A stretch of DNA of 61,396 nucleotides, taken from the NCBI GenBank assembly GCA_964624155.1, contig CAZUWM010000003.1, positions 1-61,396 on the forward strand, read 5' to 3'. Below the pieces are notes generated by a model, which saw only the letters and a program-made list of their open reading frames with translations, ran no database searches and was not told where the DNA came from. How positions within the stretch are numbered: position 1 is the stretch's first letter; every line of letters starts with the position of its first letter. Origin of the DNA: an uncultured Planctomycetales bacterium (GTDB taxonomy: Bacteria > Omnitrophota > Gorgyraeia > Aquiviventales > Aquiviventaceae). Made by a program: the position numbers and the translations under genes. Below are positions 54,514 through 61,396 of the stretch, piece by piece.

Positions 54514-56751
54514 TTAGGCAGAAGCCGCTGCATGTTCTTGAGCCGGCTGGAGACGCGTGAGCTCAGCGACCAGATTGGCCGCCCAGCGGTAGACGTTGTG
54601 CTCTTGAATCGTCCAGCGCATCCGCTCCATCCGGCTCTGCTGTTCCTCACGGCTCATGATCAGCGCAGCGTAAATGGCTTCGGCCATCTCCTCGACGTCA
54701 TAGGGATTCACGAGCAGCGCCTCTCGGAGCTCGCGAGACGCTCCGGCGAAACGACTGAGGACGAGCGATCCCCGCAAGTCAGATCGGGCGGCGACAAATT
54801 CTTTGGCCACGAGGTTCATCCCGTCGTGCAGCGAGGTGACCAAGCAGACATCCGCCGCGCGGTAGAACGGCGCGATCTCCGCTTGGCTGTGATGTTTCTT
54901 CAGAAACAGGATTGGCTTCCATTGGCGCGTCTGGAAACGCCGGTTGATCCGCTCCACCTCGGCATCCAGCTCCGCCCCCAGGTCATGGTAGCGCTTGATG
55001 ACGGTCCGGCTTGGGGCGCCAAGTTGGATAAAGACACACTTCCCGTGAAATTCCTGATGGAGTTCCAGAAAACGCTCGATGGCTCGGAACCGCTCCGTGA
55101 TGCCCTTTGTGTAATCAATCCGATCCACGCCGACTCCCACCCACTGCACGTTGAAACCCAGTTCTTTCAGAAAGTGATCCCTCGAGAACTCACCCGAGGT
55201 CTCTGGGACGGCGATGCCGATCGGAAACGGCTTGACCCACGTCGAATGGCCGGCCCGATTCACGGCGAATTGCTCCCAGTCAATCCGCGATTCCAACAAC
55301 CGATCCACGGTGTCAAGAAAGTTGTTGCAGTGAAATTGGGTATGGAAGCCGATCACATCGGCCCCCAACATACCGTGCAGCAGTGCGTCGGCCCAGGGGC
55401 AGATCCCGAAGGCTTCAGGATTGGGCCACGGGATGTGCCAGAAGAGCGCGATTCGAGCGTCCGGACGTTTCTCTTTGATCAATCTTGGCAATAAGGCGAA
55501 ATGGTAGTCTTGAATCAACACGCAGGGATGCTCGGTACCTTCCAGCTCCTCCAGAGCCGCCTGGGCGAACTTGGCGTTGACGGCCGCATACTGTTGCCAG
55601 TCCTCGACTCGGAAGATGGGACGGGTGTGCGCGATGTGGCACAAGGGCCACAACCCCTCATTGGCAAATCCGTAGTAGTAGCCATCCTCTTCTTCCTTGG
55701 TGAGCCAGAGCCGCCTGAGCGTGTAGAGGGGCGTCTCGGGAGGCACGCGCAACCGGCCGCTGGAGTCTGCGGTCTCACGGTCCGCATCGCCTGCACCGTG
55801 AGCGATCCACGTCCCTCCACAGGCTCGAAGGATGGGTTCTACCGCCGTCACCAGACCGCTGGCCGGCATGATCCACCGAACCTGCCGGCCTTGTCGGATG
55901 TGCATATACGGTTCCCGATTGGCGATGAGCAGCAGCGGCCGTCCGTTCAACGCCTTGCGAGTGTGTTCTTTCAACCGTTCGGACGTCCAGCGCGATTCAG
56001 CCGCGTGCCGCAATTTCGCTTCTGTTTCTGCTGCGGCGCGCGCGACGGTGAGGCTCCTCGCCATGTGCGTGACTTCGCGGGCCAAGGGCGCAAAGACGTC
56101 GCCTCTCGGCAGCGTGTCATGTTCCGCGAGCTCCCCACGTCGCAGGCGCCTCATCCACTCGATCGTCTTTGACAACGGCCGAAGCACGTTCCACTGGACG
56201 ATCAGCAGCGTGATGAGCGAGATCAACAGGACGTGAGCGAGCAGGCGGATGAAGTTTTGACGCCACAGACGGTCTCGCTGAGTGTCAATGTAGCCGGCGT
56301 CATGCACGATCGCCAGCGCCCCAATGATCTGCTCCACCCATCGAATCGGCAAGACTTGCAAATGCCACCGCCTCTTCTCATCAGACAAGAAGAGCCCCCT
56401 CCCCTCGCCGTTCCTCATGACGTCCTGCGCCATCTCATGAGGTTGGTGAAAGACCGCGGGGAGGCTTTGGGTGACGGCCAGAGGATGGCCCTCGTTCGTG
56501 TAGACGGCGATTCCCGCCAATCGCTCCCGCGCGCCGAAACGCTGCACCAAGCGCTGTAGTCCCTCCAGATTGCCACCCGAGGCAAGCGGCTCAACGGATT
56601 CCTGGAGACTATCAGCCAGCACGGCGGCTCGACGAGCCAGCTCCTCTTCAAGACGTCCCTGTTCCTGACGGGCCTGGAATCCGGTCGAGATGAACACCAC
56701 CGCCGCGGCCGCAAGCATAAGAGAAAAAATTAGACGAAGGGTGACTCGCAT
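54514..56751 (-). CDS. otsA: Trehalose-6-phosphate synthase with N-terminal TM-sensor-TM-HAMP module
   Basis: ANREPY, SGLVTA, IQDYH, FWHIPWP, VDRIDYTKG, DGMNLVAKEF; first ~235 aa contain two TMs and a HAMP-like segment. Confidence 0.92.
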   Translation of the reverse strand: MRVTLRLIFSLMLAAAAVVFISTGFQARQEQGRLEEELARRAAVLADSLQESVEPLASGGNLEGLQRLVQRFGARERLAGIAVYTNEGHPLAVTQSLPAVFHQPHEMAQDVMRNGEGRGLFLSDEKRRWHLQVLPIRWVEQIIGALAIVHDAGYIDTQRDRLWRQNFIRLLAHVLLISLITLLIVQWNVLRPLSKTIEWMRRLRRGELAEHDTLPRGDVFAPLAREVTHMARSLTVARAAAETEAKLRHAAESRWTSERLKEHTRKALNGRPLLLIANREPYMHIRQGRQVRWIMPASGLVTAVEPILRACGGTWIAHGAGDADRETADSSGRLRVPPETPLYTLRRLWLTKEEEDGYYYGFANEGLWPLCHIAHTRPIFRVEDWQQYAAVNAKFAQAALEELEGTEHPCVLIQDYHFALLPRLIKEKRPDARIALFWHIPWPNPEAFGICPWADALLHGMLGADVIGFHTQFHCNNFLDTVDRLLESRIDWEQFAVNRAGHSTWVKPFPIGIAVPETSGEFSRDHFLKELGFNVQWVGVGVDRIDYTKGITERFRAIERFLELHQEFHGKCVFIQLGAPSRTVIKRYHDLGAELDAEVERINRRFQTRQWKPILFLKKHHSQAEIAPFYRAADVCLVTSLHDGMNLVAKEFVAARSDLRGSLVLSRFAGASRELREALLVNPYDVEEMAEAIYAALIMSREEQQSRMERMRWTIQEHNVYRWAANLVAELTRLQPAQEHAAASA

Positions 56752-56759
56752 GGCGGGCG

Positions 56760-57659
56760 CTACTCTTTCGATTTGAGGTGGACGGTGCGAATGGGGAACG
56801 GGATCGTGATGCCGTCACGTTGATAGCGGGCATGGAGGCGTTTGACGAACTCATGCTTGACGAGATATTGATCAACGAACTCCTTGGCGCGCAGGACGAC
56901 GGTGAAATTGACGCTGGATTCGCCGAAGGTGTGAAAGCGCACCATCGGCTCAAAGGTCGCCACGCCGCCGGGAATGGTTTGCAGAACCTCTTTCGCCACG
57001 TCAACCGTCACCCGCTCGACGCGCTCCAGATCACTGTCGTAGGCCACGCCGACTTCCACCAGCACGGCCAGCTCCTTATCCGGAAGATGATAATTCGTGA
57101 TGACCGACTGGCTCAGTTTGGCATTGGGAATGATGACGGCGTTGTTGGGGAGCATCTTGATTTTCGTCTCGCGCCAGCCGATGTCGATGATGTAGCCTTC
57201 CTCCCCGCTCTGCAGTCTGACGTAGTCGCCCAGGCGCAGATTCTTGCTGACTCCCACGTACATGCCGGCAAAGAGGTTCGACAACGTATCTTGGAGCCCA
57301 AGAGCGACGCCAAGGCTTCCAATGCCCAGAGCAGCGAGGAGACTGCCAATCTTGATGCCCAAGCTGTCGAGGATGATCAGCAAACCCAGACTGAGGATCG
57401 CGATCTTCGCCAGCTGCCGGGTTAAGCTGGTCGCCGGAACAGCCATCTTCCATGTGGCGGCGTAGCGCACCACCACGTTGGAGGCCAGCCTCGCGCCGAC
57501 CCAGGCGACGGAAAAGATCCACAGCGCTTTGAGAATCTTGCCGACGACCTCCACGACGTCTTCGGGGATCGGAGAAAACTTCACGGCGAGATAGATGCCG
57601 AGCATGACAACCCACAACACCATCGGTCCTCTGATCTTTTTATGTATCATTGCTCTCAC
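56760..57659 (-). CDS. mscS: Small-conductance mechanosensitive channel
   Basis: LGIGSLGVALGLQDTLSNLFAG, GDYV, IGWRET, IPN, VGVAY, GITIPFP. Confidence 0.92.
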   Translation of the reverse strand: MRAMIHKKIRGPMVLWVVMLGIYLAVKFSPIPEDVVEVVGKILKALWIFSVAWVGARLASNVVVRYAATWKMAVPATSLTRQLAKIAILSLGLLIILDSLGIKIGSLLAALGIGSLGVALGLQDTLSNLFAGMYVGVSKNLRLGDYVRLQSGEEGYIIDIGWRETKIKMLPNNAVIIPNAKLSQSVITNYHLPDKELAVLVEVGVAYDSDLERVERVTVDVAKEVLQTIPGGVATFEPMVRFHTFGESSVNFTVVLRAKEFVDQYLVKHEFVKRLHARYQRDGITIPFPIRTVHLKSKE

Positions 57660-57691
57660 TTCCCACTTCTAACTTCTTACTTCCGACTTCG

Positions 57692-58141
57692 TCATAGTGG
57701 TTGGCGGTCAGCGTAGCCGCTCTCGACGGGGTGCCAAAACCTGACGGTGTCCTCATCCAGCTTCCAACAGAGGAAGGCCGGCTCTCCGTCACGGACTGTA
57801 TAGAAATCGACGAGGCCCGCGTTGAGATCCTTCAGGACGCCGCCGAGTGTTTCGAGCTGTTGGAGCGCGGAATGAAACGCTTCAATGAGCTGCAACTGGT
57901 GCCGGGTGAGGGATTCGATCTGCTGGCGGACTTCGTGGAGGGGATACCCGTTCCCTTGGGAGAGCTTGTTCACCGACTCATCGAGCTGTTCGTTCGTCTT
58001 GAGGATCGAACCATGCAACCCTTGAAGCTGCTCGATGAGGGGACGAACGCGAGGCAGGAGCGCGTTCGCCTCGTCAACTGCGAAAACCTTGGGAGGTTGC
58101 TCGGAAGGCAGTTGTCCTACACGCTGAAGGAGGAGCCGCAC
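57692..58141 (-). CDS. DUF2203-family protein
   Basis: F.VDEANALLP, LKDL..GLVDF, LCWKL.E...WH..GYA.RQPL. Confidence 0.85.
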   Translation of the reverse strand: MRLLLQRVGQLPSEQPPKVFAVDEANALLPRVRPLIEQLQGLHGSILKTNEQLDESVNKLSQGNGYPLHEVRQQIESLTRHQLQLIEAFHSALQQLETLGGVLKDLNAGLVDFYTVRDGEPAFLCWKLDEDTVRFWHPVESGYADRQPL

Positions 58142-58443
58142 CCGCAGGACTTCTTGGCCAACGGATTGTTGAATTCAAACCCGCCGCCCACCAGACCGCT
58201 CTTGAAATCAATCGTCGTCCCATCGAGGTAGAGGTGGCTCTTCGCGTCAACCAGAATCTTCAACCCGTCCTGCTCAAAGACGGTATCGTACTGCTTCGGG
58301 GTGGCCTCATCCACGAGCATCTGGTAGCTGAAGCCGGAGCACCCGCCCCCCTTGACCCCCAGGCGAAGGGCCGCGTTGGGCTTCTGCTCTTTCGCGATCA
58401 AGCGTCTCACTTCCTCAGCCGCCGTCGGTGTTAACGTAATCAT
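58117..58443 (-). CDS. A-type Fe-S carrier (IscA/ErpA, HesB family)
   Basis: GGGCSG.SY, LDG..IDF, NP.AK.SCGCGSSF; SD AAGGAGG. Confidence 0.95.
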   Translation of the reverse strand: MITLTPTAAEEVRRLIAKEQKPNAALRLGVKGGGCSGFSYQMLVDEATPKQYDTVFEQDGLKILVDAKSHLYLDGTTIDFKSGLVGGGFEFNNPLAKKSCGCGSSFSV

Positions 58444-58456
58444 CGTATGTCCTCCT

Positions 58457-58867
58457 TTACCTTTTTATTATACCTCCTCGGAGGCGGGCGATCAAGGTGC
58501 AATCGGCCGGGGGGAAACGATCCCGACCAAGCTGCTCCGCCCTCACCCACCGAATCGCTTGAGTCCCCAATGGCCGCGGCTCTCCGCGGGCCAGCTGACA
58601 TCGAAAGACCCGAAACGAGATCAGGCGATCAGGGTACTGGTGCCGAATCCGACCGAACGGCCGGAGGTTGCGCACCGACACCCCCAGCTCTTCTCGAAGC
58701 TCTCGACGAAGGCATGCCTCCCACGACTCCCTCACCTCTTTCTTTCCCCCAGGAAATTCCCAGTAGCCGCCGAAATGATCATTCGGGCGGCGCCGGCAAA
58801 TGAGATAGCGGCCGTCTCGCTCAACGACCGCGATCGCCACGCGCACGTGAGGGATTGGAGGGTTCAT
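58457..58867 (-). CDS. mutT: NUDIX hydrolase, 8-oxo-dGTP diphosphatase-like
   Basis: WEFPGGKKE..ES..CL.REL.EELG, FPPAD. Confidence 0.88.
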   Translation of the reverse strand: MNPPIPHVRVAIAVVERDGRYLICRRRPNDHFGGYWEFPGGKKEVRESWEACLRRELREELGVSVRNLRPFGRIRHQYPDRLISFRVFRCQLARGEPRPLGTQAIRWVRAEQLGRDRFPPADCTLIARLRGGIIKR

Positions 58868-59531
58868 AGGGATAACTCCGACACGACCGGCGCAAGACGC
58901 ACGTTGAACACTGAGGGGCTCGTGCCGTGCAGATCAAGGCGCCGAAATCCATCATCGCCTGGTTGATGGTGTAGCCCCGCCCTCTAGGGATCACCGCCGA
59001 CGCCAAGGCCCAGAGACGACGCCGTGTCGAGGCGCGTTTGAGGGGTGCTCGAATGCCGAAATAGCGCGAGAGAAGCCGCGCCACATTCGTATCGAGAATC
59101 GGGGCATCCTGCTTGAAGGCGAAGCTCAGCACGGCTCCTGCGGTGTAACGGCCGATCCCGTCCATCGCCACCAGCCCGTCATACGAATCAGGGATCGAGC
59201 CGCGGTGTTGCTCGACGACCTGTTTAGCCATGTTGCGCAGGCGCAGCGGCCGGATGTTATAGCCCAGCGGGTACCACAGTTTTCTGACCTCGGTCGGCCG
59301 CGCCTTCGCCAGGTGTTCAATCGTGGGGTAGCGCTGCAGGAATTCGTGATATTTAGGGATCACGCGATCCACTTGGGTCTGCTGGAGCATGATCTCCGAG
59401 ACGAGGATCTTGTACGGATCGCGCGTCGCTCTCCACGGCAGCGGCCGTTGATGGCGCACGTACCACCGCAGGACATGCCGTTGGAACGCTCGAACGGATT
59501 GTGGGATGGGGGACTTCGAGAAGGCTGGCAT
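58821..59531 (-). CDS. mutY: A/G-specific adenine glycosylase, catalytic domain only
   Basis: SEIMLQQTQV, LGY..R, GIGRYTAGA, LDTNV.R, AMMDFG..CTA..P.C..C....C. Confidence 0.9.
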   Translation of the reverse strand: MPAFSKSPIPQSVRAFQRHVLRWYVRHQRPLPWRATRDPYKILVSEIMLQQTQVDRVIPKYHEFLQRYPTIEHLAKARPTEVRKLWYPLGYNIRPLRLRNMAKQVVEQHRGSIPDSYDGLVAMDGIGRYTAGAVLSFAFKQDAPILDTNVARLLSRYFGIRAPLKRASTRRRLWALASAVIPRGRGYTINQAMMDFGALICTARAPQCSTCVLRRSCRSYPYEPSNPSRARGDRGR

Positions 59532-59562
59532 GAGCGATCTATTATAGTGTAGAATACCGTCG

Positions 59563-60306
59563 ATGAGTGTGCAAACGTATCAAAGCGTCGTCGATCGCAT
59601 TGACATCCTCTCGTACAACGTCCGCTGTTTTCGGCTCCGATTGACCGAGCCCAAACGCCTTCCCTTCGAGGCGGGGCAATTCGTGATCATCCACGTGCCG
59701 ACGAAGGGCCTGCCGGCCACGACGCGCGCGGCGAAGACCGGCGAGAGCGTCCTCAAGCGCGCCTACTCGATCGCCTCGCCGCCCCATGAGGACGGGGTCG
59801 TGGAAATCTGCCTCCAGCATGTTGACGGCGGGGCCGCCTCCACGTTTTTCTGGCAGCTCAAACAAGGCTCGCCGGTAACCCTCTCAGGCCCGCATGGGCG
59901 GTTCGTCCTCAAGCAGCCGCTCAATTACGAGCCGATTTTCATGGCCACCGGCACGGGGGTCGCGCCGCTGCGCAGCATGATTCACGACCTCTTTCACCGC
60001 CAGGCCACGCAACCCGTCCGGCTGTTCTTCGGCTGCCGCTACGAGCATACCGTGCTGTTCGAAGCGGAGTTCCGCTCGCTGGCGTCTCTACGCCACAACT
60101 TCCACTATATCCCCATCGTCAGCCGCCCGAAGGAATGGACGGGGGAGGTCGGCCACGTCCAAGAGGTGTTTCACAAGCAGATCACCGAGTTCACCAACAA
60201 AGAAATCTACATCTGCGGGTGGCTCGAGGTCGTCAAGGCGATTGCCAACGATTTGCGCTCGTTCGGTGTTCCCAACGAGCAGATCCATTACGAGGAATGG
60301 GGCTAA
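59563..60306 (+). CDS. FNR-family FAD/NAD(P) oxidoreductase
   Basis: F.AGQF, RAYSIAS, GPHGRF, ATGTGVAP.RSM, YICG. Confidence 0.9.
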   Translation: MSVQTYQSVVDRIDILSYNVRCFRLRLTEPKRLPFEAGQFVIIHVPTKGLPATTRAAKTGESVLKRAYSIASPPHEDGVVEICLQHVDGGAASTFFWQLKQGSPVTLSGPHGRFVLKQPLNYEPIFMATGTGVAPLRSMIHDLFHRQATQPVRLFFGCRYEHTVLFEAEFRSLASLRHNFHYIPIVSRPKEWTGEVGHVQEVFHKQITEFTNKEIYICGWLEVVKAIANDLRSFGVPNEQIHYEEWG

Positions 60307-60385
60307 TAACGAGTTAGGAGTTCGGAGTTAAGGGTTGGGAGTTGAGAACCCTCAACTCGGAACTCTGAACTCTCAACTTATCACG

Positions 60386-61249
60386 ATGACTCAACGGGTA
60401 ATTACTGTGGGGCATACGCCGGACATGGACGACGCGTTCATGTTCTACGCCATCGCGGAGGGCAAGGTGGCCGTGGAGGGGTTCTCCATCCAACATGTCA
60501 TTGAAGACATTCAAGCCCTGAACCAACGAGCCCTCCGCGCTGAATTGGATGTCACCGCGGTCTCGGCGGCCGGCTACCCGCTCATGGCCAAAGACTACTG
60601 GATCCTCTCGATCGGTTCCAGCGTGGGGCGCGGCTATGGGCCGCTCGTCGTCGCCACCAAGGGCTGCAATCCTCAAGAGCTTGCGGGGGGGCGCTACGTG
60701 GCCGTGCCGGGCCTGCACACGACGGCGTACCTGGTCTTACGCTTAGCCATTCCGGAGATCGTGCCGGTCGAGATGCCGTTTGAGCAGATCCCGGAGTCGG
60801 TCTTGAGCGGGCGGGTGGAGGCGGGGCTCTTGATTCATGAACGACAACTGACGTATCGCGATCAAGGGCTGCTGCCGATCCTAGACCTCGGGACGTGGTG
60901 GCAGACCCAGACGAAACTGCCCTTGCCGCTCGGTCTGAACGTCATCAAGCAGTCGCTCGGCCAACCGTTGGCCACGCAATTCGCGCAACTCTTGAAGGAC
61001 AGCATTGTCTACGCGATGACCCATCAGGATGAAGCGCTGAGTTGGTCGTTGCGCTACGGACGGGGGATTGACCCCGTCCGCGCCCGACAATTCGTGAGCA
61101 TGTATGTCAATGAAGACACCCTCACCTTCTCCCCCGCGTGCCAGCAGGCGTTGCATCTCCTGTACGAACGCGCGCAGGCCTGTGGCCTCATTCCCTCCGT
61201 GCCCCCGTTGACCTTCATCCAGCCGACCACACAGATTTCACAGATTTAA
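60386..61249 (+). CDS. mqnD: 1,4-dihydroxy-6-naphthoate synthase (futalosine pathway)
   Basis: GHTPDMDDAFMFYAI, GRGYGP, PG.HTTA, LLIHE, DLG.WW..T.LPLPLG, MYVN. Confidence 0.9.
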   Translation: MTQRVITVGHTPDMDDAFMFYAIAEGKVAVEGFSIQHVIEDIQALNQRALRAELDVTAVSAAGYPLMAKDYWILSIGSSVGRGYGPLVVATKGCNPQELAGGRYVAVPGLHTTAYLVLRLAIPEIVPVEMPFEQIPESVLSGRVEAGLLIHERQLTYRDQGLLPILDLGTWWQTQTKLPLPLGLNVIKQSLGQPLATQFAQLLKDSIVYAMTHQDEALSWSLRYGRGIDPVRARQFVSMYVNEDTLTFSPACQQALHLLYERAQACGLIPSVPPLTFIQPTTQISQI

Positions 61250-61308
61250 AAACAGATTGCACAGATTGATCTGTGAAATCTCACTTCAAGAATCTGTGTA
61301 ATCTGTGT
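61230..61308. repeat. CACAGATT/AATCTGTG repeat element between convergent mqnD and def
   Basis: Four ACAGATT units then three ATCTGTG units. Confidence 0.75.
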
Positions 61309-61396
61309 TAGGCATAGCGTTTTCGTCGGAAGACATCGGTTCGCAGATTCGTCACCCGATCCAAAAACAGCATGCCGTCCAAATGATCCACTTCGT
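61308..61396 (-). CDS. def: Peptide deformylase, C-terminal fragment (gene runs off the window)
   Basis: Minus-strand translation (H)EVDHLDGMLFLDRV..FRRKRYA*, matching the HExxH-LDG motif. Confidence 0.8.
   Translation of the reverse strand, partial: EVDHLDGMLFLDRVTNLRTDVFRRKRYA

Noticed and set aside
1-61396. CRISPR array or cas genes
   Set aside because: No 25-45 bp repeat with unique spacers and no Cas-like ORF. The repeats seen are short tandem units or palindromes.

Overview
A GC-rich bacterial chromosomal segment, mostly housekeeping and metabolic genes. The gene mix and repeat types suggest an uncultured PVC/Omnitrophota-like lineage, which is an inference only. Housekeeping content: folM-like SDR, queD and folB pterin genes, hemD, a partial complex I operon (nuoA-B-C-D-I-H) coupled to acsA, plsC, pgi, czcD, dsbD, a GH1 glucosidase, hisN-like IMPase, aconitase, cspA, infA, NAD kinase, cstA, a treT/otsB/otsA/mscS osmoprotection block, iscA, mutT/mutY, mqnD and the 3' end of def. 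Accessory content: a decayed IS at the left edge, an AT-richer C-protein/REase/Dam-type R-M cassette, a toxin-antitoxin array with an exact 365-bp duplication, and two HTH + nucleotidyltransferase pairs. The strongest unexplained signals are non-coding. (1) An unrecognised ~230-nt leader occurs twice, before cspA and before a PuuD-like membrane gene, with a 92%-identical core and two mutually exclusive pairings kept by compensatory changes. (2) A c-di-GMP-I-like riboswitch carries a 50-nt two-hairpin insertion and precedes a 1070-aa secreted glycoside hydrolase/HExxH/PKD protein. (3) Palindromic repeats are inserted in frame in several genes, including a 59-nt double hairpin shared by nuoI and an APC permease. 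(4) A CACAGA/TCTGTG repeat family appears to supply signal peptides to unrelated proteins. No CRISPR array, rRNA or tRNA was recognised. All assignments come from motif recognition by eye; no database searches were run.
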